Counted from the first letter of the stretch, positions 9,456-19,089 are shown. The stretch is 32,000 nucleotides of DNA from Candidatus Thorarchaeota archaeon (GCA_048882505.1 JBHLRO010000001.1:60001-92000); one strand, 5' to 3'. The notes: generated by a model not told the origin, from the sequence alone. A program made the numbers and translations.

Positions 9456-9980
9456 TTAAGTGTCTTTCTCAAAAGGCAACGCATATAATCTCTTCAAGAA
9501 CAATATCTGCCCAATGTGCATTGCTTCATGTTCAATAAGATGAAAAAGGATCCACTCAATGCTAAAATAAGCACTACTATCGGAGATTACAAGGCGGTCG
9601 AGGTCAGTTTCTTGAGGAATTTCCGCTAAAACCCTTTCTCGGACATCTGCGAGTTTTTTTACGTAATAGTCCTTTGTTTTTCCTTTTATCTGTGGTATAT
9701 TCACGCTGGGTCGCAAAGCAAAGGCATGTTTCCACTCCTCTTCCTCAAATTTCTCTCCGTAAATATCTTCAAATATCCAGGAGAATTCTATGGCGGCGAT
9801 ATGAAATAAGAGTGTGCCAATTGTTTCAATTCTCCGTTCATCGGGAGTAAAATCGATTGCAGCTTCATCTAGATCTTCAATGATTGTAATCAATCGCTGG
9901 CGTACTTCGTTCATCTGTGCAATCCATGTGGCCATACGAAGATCTAATCCTTCAGGCTTAGTGAGTTTAATTTGCTCCAT
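9456..9980 (-). CDS. DinB/YfiT (DUF664-like) family protein
   Basis: TIGTLLFHIAAIE...SIEWILFHLIEHEAMHIGQI. Confidence 0.88.
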   Translation of the reverse strand: MEQIKLTKPEGLDLRMATWIAQMNEVRQRLITIIEDLDEAAIDFTPDERRIETIGTLLFHIAAIEFSWIFEDIYGEKFEEEEWKHAFALRPSVNIPQIKGKTKDYYVKKLADVRERVLAEIPQETDLDRLVISDSSAYFSIEWILFHLIEHEAMHIGQILFLKRLYALPFEKDT

Positions 9981-10244
9981 TTTCTTGAAATTCCTTTAAA
10001 TCCGATAAAATTCAAAATCGGAATCCGTGTTTAATTCCCCTGTTTCCTAGAATGCTCATAATGAGGGATTTATTTTACCAACACTACGATTCACAGCAAT
10101 AGTTCGTAATTTTCAGTTTTTGAAGGAAACCTAAGAGAAAGGCTCGTGAATTTGTCTAGTTTCCTGAATAATAACGAAAAAAGGAGGAAATGGGAGTGCA
10201 CAAGCTGGTCTTTTTGTAGAGGTTTGAATGGTAAAATCAGGATT

Positions 10245-11081
10245 TTAAATCTCCCCTTTTTGACAAGTAATAACGTAAAAAGTTCCTCTAGCGGTCCACC
10301 AAAGTTTAATGTTCTTGACATTAAACGGAAGGTCATCAAGGGGAGGTTTTGCAGAAAATAAGGTGTTCCATTTAAGAATGGATTCACCTCGGTGTGTTTT
10401 GCGTACCGCTGGTGAAAGACCTTCGTCAACGAAAACAAGTGTCCCCTCAGGTTTTAGCACTCGAACCCATTCCGTTAGCGTTCTTGGAATGTTAGAAAAA
10501 GTATTGATTCCTCCTGAGTGCGTAACTATATCAAACCTGTTATTTTTGAACGGAAGAGAGTGTACTTGCGAATGCAGCAACAGACTCTGAATCCCGCCTT
10601 TCTTAAACTTCTCAAGAGCCACCTGTAGAAATCCGATAGAAAGGTCGATCCCTGCCAATTTCAACTTTAAATTTGGATAGACTTGCTTTATCGCCAGATT
10701 CACATTTCCAGTTCCAACTGATACGTCAAGAATTGATTGATTTTGCTTAACAGGGAGGTGATCCGCAAGTTCTAGATAAGAGTCACGGAGGTGTGTATCC
10801 AGCTTTTCATTGTAGAATTCGAGTGCGGCATCATAGGATTCCGCACGTTGATCGTAATCAAATACCCATTTTGCATCTTCAGGGGAAATTTCACCACGTT
10901 CCACAAATCGTGGAATCTCATTAATGATCTGGAAGTTATGGGAATCGTTGTTCTCACATCGAATATCACTGGTTTTTCGTTTGAATTGCAGATTACCGCC
11001 GCATGTTGGGCATTGTAAATCGCTTTCAAAAGCCGATATAAGATCTAGCAAGAAAATCACCGATGTATGTCGTAACTTCAC
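10245..11081 (-). CDS. Class I SAM-dependent methyltransferase with an N-terminal Trm112/zinc-ribbon-like module
   Basis: LQCPTCGG...RCENNDSHNFQIINEIPRF, then ILDVSVGTG, GIDLS, LPFKNNRFD and WVRVLKPEG. Confidence 0.85.
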   Translation of the reverse strand: MKLRHTSVIFLLDLISAFESDLQCPTCGGNLQFKRKTSDIRCENNDSHNFQIINEIPRFVERGEISPEDAKWVFDYDQRAESYDAALEFYNEKLDTHLRDSYLELADHLPVKQNQSILDVSVGTGNVNLAIKQVYPNLKLKLAGIDLSIGFLQVALEKFKKGGIQSLLLHSQVHSLPFKNNRFDIVTHSGGINTFSNIPRTLTEWVRVLKPEGTLVFVDEGLSPAVRKTHRGESILKWNTLFSAKPPLDDLPFNVKNIKLWWTARGTFYVITCQKGEI

Positions 11082-11127
11082 ATAGACTGGACTTTATATT
11101 TGGTTTCGGAAGATGGAATCAATTCAC

Positions 11128-11135
11128 TTTTATAT
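11128..11135 (+). promoter_or_regulatory. TATA-box candidate for the 11173 gene
   Basis: TTTTATAT about 40 bp upstream of the ATG. A GAGGA RBS-like element precedes the ATG. Confidence 0.4.
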
Positions 11136-11172
11136 CTGCATTTTTAATTGCAGTGTTTGATGAGGAACCAAA

Positions 11173-12903
11173 ATGACGACCCTCGAACCGAGTTTCGAAT
11201 CACGAATCCCCTCGATTGAAGCAACGAAACTAGATCAATTCATTCAAATCCTTGAGATTAGTTTCATCTTTCTAATCTGTTTCACGCTTATAACGCTGGT
11301 TAATTCAGCCCTGTTTAAAGAAGTAATAGATTTGTATAGCCCTATCGCAGATGCGTTTCTAGGGGAACGTGATATTGGAAGTTTCAAAGGTGGCAATTTT
11401 GGAGTAATTGTAGAAATCACACTTGTGTTTAACGTTCTCTTGTTCTCAATTTCACTCTTCTTTGGTTTGTGGATTCGCCGATCACGGGACGGATGGTCTT
11501 GGAGTCAATTGGGATACACATATAAAACCCAGAAATATAATACCAGCAGTCTTCTAAGGCGTGCGATTATTTTAGGGGTCCTCTGTATTCTTGTTTTCTT
11601 TACTATTGTTTCACCATTGGTTTTCATCAATTCTCGGGGTGATCTTACAAAAACGTTCCTATTTTATGCCTACGAAGAGGGGGGCGTGTTGTTCACCCCC
11701 AATCAGTTAAATGCTGAATATTATTTCGGTTTTATCGAAATGGGTTTTCTTTGGCCATTATCTGCTGGGTTCTTCTTCTTCAGCTATGTTTATAATTCCT
11801 TTAAGGCCCGATTTTCCACAGGGGTGGCGAATTTGATCTCTACTGTCTTTTATGTAATCTATCTGATCTTTTTCTTTATGATTGACGAGCCAGATAAGTT
11901 GGTCCAGCTTCCCCAAGCCATGCTTGATCCGATCTTTTGGGGAAGGGCCATATCTTTCTTTTTTGTTTTGTATATTTCATTTAGTGCTTTTTCTGAGACA
12001 GGATCTGTGGTCTTGCCATTTACCCTTAATTTCGTTTTCAATGTTGGGCTTACCATAATAAGGGCCACCAATTCATTGATTTTTGCGTCCCTACCTACCT
12101 CTACTTACGTTTTTATGCTGATCCCTTACTTTTTACTAGTCTCAATAATCGGGTTATGGTTTGTTGTAAAAAAAGATGACTTTTCAACCATTAGATTAGG
12201 TGTTCAAGATTTCTTGACGGTTTTTAGGAAAAAATCAAGAAAGAATACCAGCCTGAAGTACTTAACTGGCATTACTATTCTCTTCTTCTTTATTTCGTTT
12301 TTCATACCAGGGACTCTTGAGCATATAGTTGCTAATCCTACTGCCTACCCTCCTGAGCTTTTCGCCTTTATCAATGCCGTCATATATGTTGTACTAATTG
12401 TTCTTGCCCTTGTTATCTTGAACTATTCGCCTACACAGGTATATGACGTTCTCATGGTAAAGCATCCCGAAGGCATCCCCATTGCTTCCAAACTGAGCTT
12501 TTTCCATTCTGATGAAGCCCTAATCTCTGGATATCTTTCGGCTGTCTCTAGTGTTTCGAAAGAATTGGATTCTGAAGACACCGAGCTACGATCGATCAAA
12601 CGCGGTGATCGGGAAATAATTTTGGAGGATGGTGTTTTTACCCGCGTAATCGCACTAGTTGATCGAGATCATCCTCGAATTCGGCATGGCATTATCGAAC
12701 TTCAAAGACGATTTGAGGGAACATATGCAGATACGTTAGCCTCTTGGATCGGGGATAGAGGAGTTTTTACTCAATCTGAGGACTTTATTGATAATATCGC
12801 CAAACTAGAGGTTAAATTTGATATCCCCCAGCAGGCTAGATGGTTAGCGGTTATTACGTTGCTTTTTACTCCGATCATGATTGCTTTAATAGGCATTTTT
12901 TAG
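11173..12903 (+). CDS. Polytopic membrane protein (about 10 TM, CPBP/Abi-like) + longin-like domain + C-terminal TM helix
   Basis: About 10 hydrophobic segments, then a roughly 125-aa soluble domain (DEALISGYLSAV...LRSIK...FEGTYADTLASWIGDRGVF) in the pattern of Asgard longin-like domains, then a final TM helix WLAVITLLFTPIMIALIGIF. Confidence 0.75.
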   Translation: MTTLEPSFESRIPSIEATKLDQFIQILEISFIFLICFTLITLVNSALFKEVIDLYSPIADAFLGERDIGSFKGGNFGVIVEITLVFNVLLFSISLFFGLWIRRSRDGWSWSQLGYTYKTQKYNTSSLLRRAIILGVLCILVFFTIVSPLVFINSRGDLTKTFLFYAYEEGGVLFTPNQLNAEYYFGFIEMGFLWPLSAGFFFFSYVYNSFKARFSTGVANLISTVFYVIYLIFFFMIDEPDKLVQLPQAMLDPIFWGRAISFFFVLYISFSAFSETGSVVLPFTLNFVFNVGLTIIRATNSLIFASLPTSTYVFMLIPYFLLVSIIGLWFVVKKDDFSTIRLGVQDFLTVFRKKSRKNTSLKYLTGITILFFFISFFIPGTLEHIVANPTAYPPELFAFINAVIYVVLIVLALVILNYSPTQVYDVLMVKHPEGIPIASKLSFFHSDEALISGYLSAVSSVSKELDSEDTELRSIKRGDREIILEDGVFTRVIALVDRDHPRIRHGIIELQRRFEGTYADTLASWIGDRGVFTQSEDFIDNIAKLEVKFDIPQQARWLAVITLLFTPIMIALIGIF

Positions 12904-13120
12904 GTATAATCCTAACTAGTGGAAGATAACGTGATTATCATTTTGTTATACGTCTTGGGTATATCGAAACTTCTATTTGGCTTTTTCCTCAAAGATGTTG
13001 TCTAGCAACCCTCCGTACGAAAGCTGACCTGCTCCTAAATACCACTTTCGTAAATTATATTAGACGTTCTTTCCTCTTTGTCACTAGAATTCCAGGAACT
13101 ATATAGGAGTTAGAATAGAA

Positions 13121-14173
13121 ATGAGATTCAAGCTACTGGGTCAGAGCGGAGTTCGGGTTTCAGAAATTTGTCTAGGAACAATGACATTCGGGCCAAAATG
13201 GGGATGGGGCGCATCAAAAGAAGATTCAAGGCAGATATTTGATAATTTCGTTGATGAGGGAGGTAATTTTATCGACACTTCCTGTAATTATACAGACGGA
13301 GAATCGGAATCATTCATTGGTGAATTTATACTAGGTGATAGAGATCGTTACGTTATCGCAACGAAATATACCTTGCACGATTATCGGTATCGCAGCGATC
13401 CAAATGCAGGGGGTAATTCACGTAAAAACCTTATCAGATCGCTGAAAGGCAGTCTAGAGCGTCTGAAAACTGATTACGTTGACATTCTCTACCTCCATAT
13501 GTGGGATTATTTCACTCCTATCAAGGAAATCATGCAAGCGATGACTGATGTGGTCAGGGCTGGTAAGGTCCATTATATTGGCATTTCGGATACTCCTGCA
13601 TGGATTGTGGCTCGTGCAAATACAATGGCCGAATTTCGAGGATTAGAACCCTTTGTCGTCTACCAATTTCCGTACTCGCTGGCTTACCGCCATGCGGAAA
13701 GAAGTACCATTCCCTTATGTAAAAACCTTGATTTAGCGATGGCAGTATTTGGTGTTCTTCGTTCTGGTTTGTTTACAGGTAAATATACGAGAAACATTCC
13801 TGATAAAGGACGATTAACACCGGATCATTGGGGAAAACCCTCGGAAGGCGCCATTCAAATCGCGAGGGAAGTTGATACAATTGCTGACGAAATTGGTTGT
13901 CCATCAAGCCATGTAGCTATTAATTGGATTAGAAATCAGGAAAAAGGAGTCTTTATTCCCATCTTAGGTGCCACACGCGTTAGTCAACTCCAAGAAAATC
14001 TTTCTTGTCTTGACTCCAAGTTGAGTACAGAGCATCGTAATCGATTAGACAAAAAACTAACAGAACTCACTAAGTTCGAGCTGGGTTTTGCGAAAGGATG
14101 GCTAAGGGGCACTCACGACCTCGTCTATGGCGATACGTACGAGCTTGTAGACAATCATAGGCCTTATGAATAA
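13121..14173 (+). CDS. Aldo/keto reductase
   Basis: LGTMTFG, catalytic tetrad residues in FIDTS, NY, ATKY and YLHMWD, plus GISD and PILGA. Confidence 0.95.
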   Translation: MRFKLLGQSGVRVSEICLGTMTFGPKWGWGASKEDSRQIFDNFVDEGGNFIDTSCNYTDGESESFIGEFILGDRDRYVIATKYTLHDYRYRSDPNAGGNSRKNLIRSLKGSLERLKTDYVDILYLHMWDYFTPIKEIMQAMTDVVRAGKVHYIGISDTPAWIVARANTMAEFRGLEPFVVYQFPYSLAYRHAERSTIPLCKNLDLAMAVFGVLRSGLFTGKYTRNIPDKGRLTPDHWGKPSEGAIQIAREVDTIADEIGCPSSHVAINWIRNQEKGVFIPILGATRVSQLQENLSCLDSKLSTEHRNRLDKKLTELTKFELGFAKGWLRGTHDLVYGDTYELVDNHRPYE

Positions 14174-14721
14174 AAAAGACTGGAAATTCTTTTCCTTTTT
14201 AAAATTCCATCAAAGGTCAATAAAGGAAGTAATAGAGGTCACAGGTGCAGTAATAAGACTTACTCCCAAGTCATCCATAATCTATGAACCTTCATACCTG
14301 ATGAGAAAACTGAAATGTCCTGGGATTTATGATCTGATTTAAATCCAGGCAAGGCTTTTAGGGCTATATTCGTATCCAATCCTTGATTTCAGAATCAAGA
14401 GAGGAAGACGGGGGTTCAAATTCATTGCCATCATAATTCCTGATTATTATGCTTCATCGCCTTAGATAATATAGGTAATATCCATGGTCTCGCTGCCATG
14501 CTGTTTCTTCAAGCCCGCTGCTAACATATCTTCGAGGAGAAAATATTTACTCAAAACAAAGATGATTATACTAAAGATTTCCGCTTTAAACCGTGGAAAT
14601 AAGCATATGGGCCATAAAAAGCCCAGAGGAGTTTCCGAGGCCTCTTCTTACTGGCATTGATTCGACATCCTTTAAATAATTGTGACGCCAGAGCTATTCG
14701 TCAATCAAGTCTGGTGCAAAT

Positions 14722-16599
14722 GTGGCGGAAATTGAATTAGTTTTTCGATTTTTGTATGTCCTTGTCATTTTCATATCTTGTTTTCTGTATTTTGGAGCGG
14801 CATTGAGCGGTTTACGAAGCAAAGATTTGAAGAATGACACTCTTCTCTTATGGTATGTTGTTCTTCTTGGTACAGTGGGGATTGCACTTGTTTTGCTCTT
14901 GACTGAACAAATTTTGCTTGAGATATCGTTTCCTCTTGCTGAGTACCCCCTTGGCCCCCTCCCCGAGTTAGAAGATCAATTAATAGCTCAGATCGGGAGG
15001 ATTATTGTGTCATTTGCTATCTTCTTCTCTGGTATAGCCGTTCTTGCAAGTAATATGTTCGTCCTTCACTTCCTGGGACCGAAATTTACGAGAATCGGTT
15101 ACTTCGTGGCAATCTGGGAACTTTTGTACGTTTACTTTTATTTTACCTTGCCTTATATGTGGGTTCGCCGTCCTGATGTTTGGGAGTACTCACACCCTGG
15201 TTTTCACAGTTTTACTCTGTTTCTTTTCTTAATTCCAGTTTATACTAGCGTCCTATTCTTTATCATCTTAGTTATTCTAGTCATACGAAGAGAAGGGGTT
15301 CAATCAAGGAAACTTAGGGGTACTATATACTTTACAATTGCATTTACAACATTAGCGATCGGTTACACTAGTCAAGTTCTCTCTCCGAGCCTTTTATCCA
15401 TCTTATCCATCTCTATATTTCCTATACTTATGTATAGAACGTTTTCCATACCTCAGCTATTCGCTGAATACAGGTCGGACATTCTATCACTTGTGGAAAC
15501 ACCGATCGAAGAAAAAGAAGATATTCTGAGAGTCATATCAGAACAATCTCTCTTAGGCATCGCCATAATCCAAGATAATCGTGTTAAATACGTTAATGAA
15601 TCAATAGCAAGGATTAACGGCTATTCCATCGAGGAAATGATGACCTGGAAACTTCCGGATGATTTTACCAAAGGAATTCATCCCGAGGATCTAGAGTTTA
15701 GCATGGAGCAGGCCCGAAAAAAACAAACAGGGGAAGAACAGGGAATTGTTACTAATTACTCATATCGTCTTATAACGAAGGATGGGGGTATAAGATGGGT
15801 TGATCAATACTCAAAAACAATCAAGTTCGGTGGAAAACCTGCTGATTTCGTCACATTGATTGATATTACTGATCGGAAAGCAAGGGAAAAAGAATTTCAG
15901 CGGCTGCAAGAACTTTTTATCGCTATGACCTCCCATGAGCTTAGAACTCCAGTAACAGTACTTAATGGTTACACCGATCTAATTGAGAGAATTCTTGAAA
16001 ACGAACCTAACTCAATGGTAAAGTCACGACTTGAACAGATAAACCAAGTAATGAGGAAAAACCTCTTTAGATTAACTAGATCAATAAACTCAGTACATGA
16101 TACTAGTCGAATAAGGGCTGGTCAATTCGCTGTAACTTTGCAACCTGTTCCCTTTCCTAAATTCTACAGCGCCGTTCAGAAGGACATTAAACTTCTATAT
16201 TCGGATAGAGAAGTTTCAATTATGAATTCTATTGCGAATCCTGATGAGTTATCAATATTGGTTGATGAAGAATCGCTTATGCAGGTCATCCATAATTTGG
16301 TGAGTAACGCCGTGAAACATTCTCCAGAAACTAGCGCCGTGGAAATTTTGTTTTCACTGCAAACTGGGAGTTTCAGCATTACTGTAAAGGATTCTGGCTG
16401 TGGAATAGAGGAATGTGACCTCCCAACTCTATTCACGCCTTTCTTCCATAAATCATCAAAATATTCGTCAAAAGGAACTGGACTCGGGCTATATATTTCG
16501 AAAGCAATTGTAGATGCTCATGGAGGCGAGATTACTGTTCATTCGGAATTGGATGTTGGGAGTACATTTACCGTTCGTATTCCGCAAGTTATCAGTTGA
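14722..16599 (+). CDS. Membrane sensor histidine kinase (about 7 TM + PAS + HisKA + HATPase)
   Basis: H-box TSHELRTP, N-box NLVSNAVK, G1 KDSGCGI, F-box LFTPF and G2 GTGLGL. The PAS domain shows IHPED...YRLITKDG...WV. Confidence 0.93.
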   Translation: MAEIELVFRFLYVLVIFISCFLYFGAALSGLRSKDLKNDTLLLWYVVLLGTVGIALVLLLTEQILLEISFPLAEYPLGPLPELEDQLIAQIGRIIVSFAIFFSGIAVLASNMFVLHFLGPKFTRIGYFVAIWELLYVYFYFTLPYMWVRRPDVWEYSHPGFHSFTLFLFLIPVYTSVLFFIILVILVIRREGVQSRKLRGTIYFTIAFTTLAIGYTSQVLSPSLLSILSISIFPILMYRTFSIPQLFAEYRSDILSLVETPIEEKEDILRVISEQSLLGIAIIQDNRVKYVNESIARINGYSIEEMMTWKLPDDFTKGIHPEDLEFSMEQARKKQTGEEQGIVTNYSYRLITKDGGIRWVDQYSKTIKFGGKPADFVTLIDITDRKAREKEFQRLQELFIAMTSHELRTPVTVLNGYTDLIERILENEPNSMVKSRLEQINQVMRKNLFRLTRSINSVHDTSRIRAGQFAVTLQPVPFPKFYSAVQKDIKLLYSDREVSIMNSIANPDELSILVDEESLMQVIHNLVSNAVKHSPETSAVEILFSLQTGSFSITVKDSGCGIEECDLPTLFTPFFHKSSKYSSKGTGLGLYISKAIVDAHGGEITVHSELDVGSTFTVRIPQVIS

Positions 16600-16702
16600 A
16601 TTTTTCCACCCCTGGTTTGTCCTTTAATTAGTGTAGTAGTTTGATAAAACAAGATAAGAATTAAAAATAATCAACTGGATGATCAGAATCTAATTCAGCC
16701 AT

Positions 16703-17050
16703 TTAACAGGTTAAGTGGAGGGCTAGCGCGAGATCTTGCCTTTGATTCACCAGCTGATTATAAAGCTCCACTGCATTTCGCGAATCTTTAACGATAACAT
16801 CGATTCCGAAGGATTCTAATTCCTCTGTAAGCTCATCTGGAACCTTCATTCTGCCATTATATCCTGTGCCAATTATTAACAGTTGTATCGGCCTTTTGAG
16901 TAAGTGAACCAGATCCTCCCGACATAACTCATGACCTTTAAGACGCCACCAATCCGTAATAATCGTATCAGGGAGTATTATTAGATCTCGGCTATAGGAC
17001 TCACCTGAGACATTAATAAGTCCGAACTCGTAATTATCAACCTTGTACAT
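16703..17050 (-). CDS. Mth938-like domain protein
   Basis: YSRDLII, WWRLKGHEL, LLIIGTG, AVELYN and ALHLTC. Confidence 0.9.
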   Translation of the reverse strand: MYKVDNYEFGLINVSGESYSRDLIILPDTIITDWWRLKGHELCREDLVHLLKRPIQLLIIGTGYNGRMKVPDELTEELESFGIDVIVKDSRNAVELYNQLVNQRQDLALALHLTC

Positions 17051-17165
17051 CTTGCTTGATCTTGTGACTGGATCGAAAAGTTAAGTTTATTCTCCAAAAG
17101 AAATTCCCCTTCTACAGATTAATCTGTCTAATAAAGGTCAAATCATCTACAAATCGTCACGAGTC

Positions 17166-18023
17166 TTGATCTCTATGTCAGTTGAGCATAAGAACTCCCT
17201 GAGTTCTAGTCTAAAAGCGAAACTACTGGGTTTCCAACAGTTTTTTAAGGATAAGTCAATTGTTATCGCCTATAGTGGAGGGGTCGATTCCTCTGTTCTA
17301 GCTGAACTGGGGCATAGGTATGCGAAACGCGTAGTTGCAGTTACAGCCGATTCACCTACTGTTCTGCCTGGAGAAGTGGAAGCAGCAGCACGATTGGCGG
17401 CAAGTAGAAACTGGAATCATCGCATTATTCAAATAAATGAACTAGAGGATCCTAACTTCGTCGCTAATCCAATAGATCGTTGTTATTATTGTAAACATGG
17501 GCTTTCTGAGGCGTTACAAACTGTTGCAGACGAATTTAGAGCTGATATCGTCGTTGAAGGTACCAACTTCAGCGAAGTTCGTGGTCACCGTCCAGGACTC
17601 CGAGCACTCAAAGAACACTCCGTGGATTCACCTCTGTTACAAGGCGAACTGACAAAAGACGATATTCGCCAACTGGCCCATTATTTCGGTCTTCCTAATG
17701 CGGATAAACCTAGTCTTGCTTGTTTGAGTTCTCGATTTCCGCCAGGGGAGCGGATCACTGCGAAGAAACTACGACGAGTTGGAAAAGCTGAACGATTCCT
17801 CATGGATACGTACGGGATCCGTGTGGTCCGTGTCCGTGACCATGACGGATTGGCGAGGGTCGAAGTTGCCCCTGAGGAGCGAGAAAAGTTACTAGAGGGG
17901 CAAATTCTCGACGAGATCAATCGACGGTTCATAGAATTCGGATATCGATATGCGGCCATAGACTGCGGGGGGTACAGAACAGGGTCTTTGGTCCAAGCGA
18001 TCCTTGAAGAATCTGACCTCTAA
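17166..18023 (+). CDS. larE: LarE-family ATP-dependent sulfur transferase
   Basis: PP-loop SGGVDSS, RCYYCK, EGTN...RPG, ACLSSRFP, VRVRDH and GYRTGS. Confidence 0.9.
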   Translation: MISMSVEHKNSLSSSLKAKLLGFQQFFKDKSIVIAYSGGVDSSVLAELGHRYAKRVVAVTADSPTVLPGEVEAAARLAASRNWNHRIIQINELEDPNFVANPIDRCYYCKHGLSEALQTVADEFRADIVVEGTNFSEVRGHRPGLRALKEHSVDSPLLQGELTKDDIRQLAHYFGLPNADKPSLACLSSRFPPGERITAKKLRRVGKAERFLMDTYGIRVVRVRDHDGLARVEVAPEEREKLLEGQILDEINRRFIEFGYRYAAIDCGGYRTGSLVQAILEESDL

Positions 18024-18096
18024 GAATCAGTGCCTTTCTCCACTTCTTTATAGAGGACACCAAAAATAATAACGGTTGAAACACGATCGTGGAAGG

Positions 18097-19089
18097 TTAT
18101 TTTTCTCGGTTTACAAGAGTAATACCCGAAATTATTAGAGTAATCGAAGATCCATGAATCAAAACATCAAAAACCTCCCCCAAAAGAACTACTGAGAGGA
18201 TTACTCCAAAAATTGGTACCAAATTTTGAAATATAACAGCTCGACTTGCGGACAATCGTTTAATGCCTTCGAGATAGAACCAATATCCAATAATTGAAGA
18301 TAGGAGGGCCAAATATAGAATACCGAACCATACTCTGTCAGGGATTTGGACAAATAAGACGGGATTGTTTAGATATTCAGGATGAATTATCAAACTCACA
18401 GGTAGTAATGTCATCATCCCAAAAAAGGACACCCAAGAGACAATATAAAGGGAAGAAGGCGAAAACGCATTCGATAGGCCAGTATTCTCATTAATAAAGC
18501 GTCTAGAAGCAACCAGGTATACTGAGTATGATATGGCGGATACGAAGATAAGTATATTTCCTAGAACCCGATTTAAAACCGAAGTGTTTGGCGAGAAGAT
18601 AAAAACCAATAAAATGCCTGAAAATGATAATAATGTCCCGAACAATTTCTTCAGGTTTAATTCTTCTATTTTAAATATTAAACTTGCCAAAATCAATACA
18701 AGCAATGGTTGGCTGCTAATAATAATCACTGCATCACTCGCTGAAGTGTAAAATTCTCCAATGAGATAACCCGCTTGATAGATAGTCACCGATATGATTC
18801 CGAGAAAACAGAAAAATTTCCAATGGAGTTTTACAAAGCCTATATTGACCGTACCCTCCTTTAAACGTAAGAAAGTTAAAATGACGGGAGCAACGATCAA
18901 ATAGCGTATAAGGGCAATCATCATTGGAGGGATCGTTTCTCCTCCGATGCTTTCCGAGACTAGCCACCTGCCAAGGGGCCAAGTACCTGCCCACACAATG
19001 GTAGTAATAAGCAAAAGAACATACGCTGTTACTTGGTAACTCTTTTCATCATGGGAGAGCAAAGAGACACCTTGCTTAAAAATTGTCAA
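18097..19089 (-). CDS. EamA/DMT-family transporter
   Basis: About 10 TM in two repeats, with WAGTW, QP and QNLVPIFGVILS. Confidence 0.9.
   Translation of the reverse strand: MTIFKQGVSLLSHDEKSYQVTAYVLLLITTIVWAGTWPLGRWLVSESIGGETIPPMMIALIRYLIVAPVILTFLRLKEGTVNIGFVKLHWKFFCFLGIISVTIYQAGYLIGEFYTSASDAVIIISSQPLLVLILASLIFKIEELNLKKLFGTLLSFSGILLVFIFSPNTSVLNRVLGNILIFVSAISYSVYLVASRRFINENTGLSNAFSPSSLYIVSWVSFFGMMTLLPVSLIIHPEYLNNPVLFVQIPDRVWFGILYLALLSSIIGYWFYLEGIKRLSASRAVIFQNLVPIFGVILSVVLLGEVFDVLIHGSSITLIISGITLVNREK

Noticed and set aside
12439-12903. Longin R-SNARE (VAMP7/Sec22-like)
   Set aside because: Only about 9 residues lie between the longin-like domain and the TM helix, leaving no room for a 60-aa SNARE motif.
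14722-15450. 7-TM domain of the kinase as a rhodopsin
   Set aside because: There is no retinal-binding Lys in the seventh helix.
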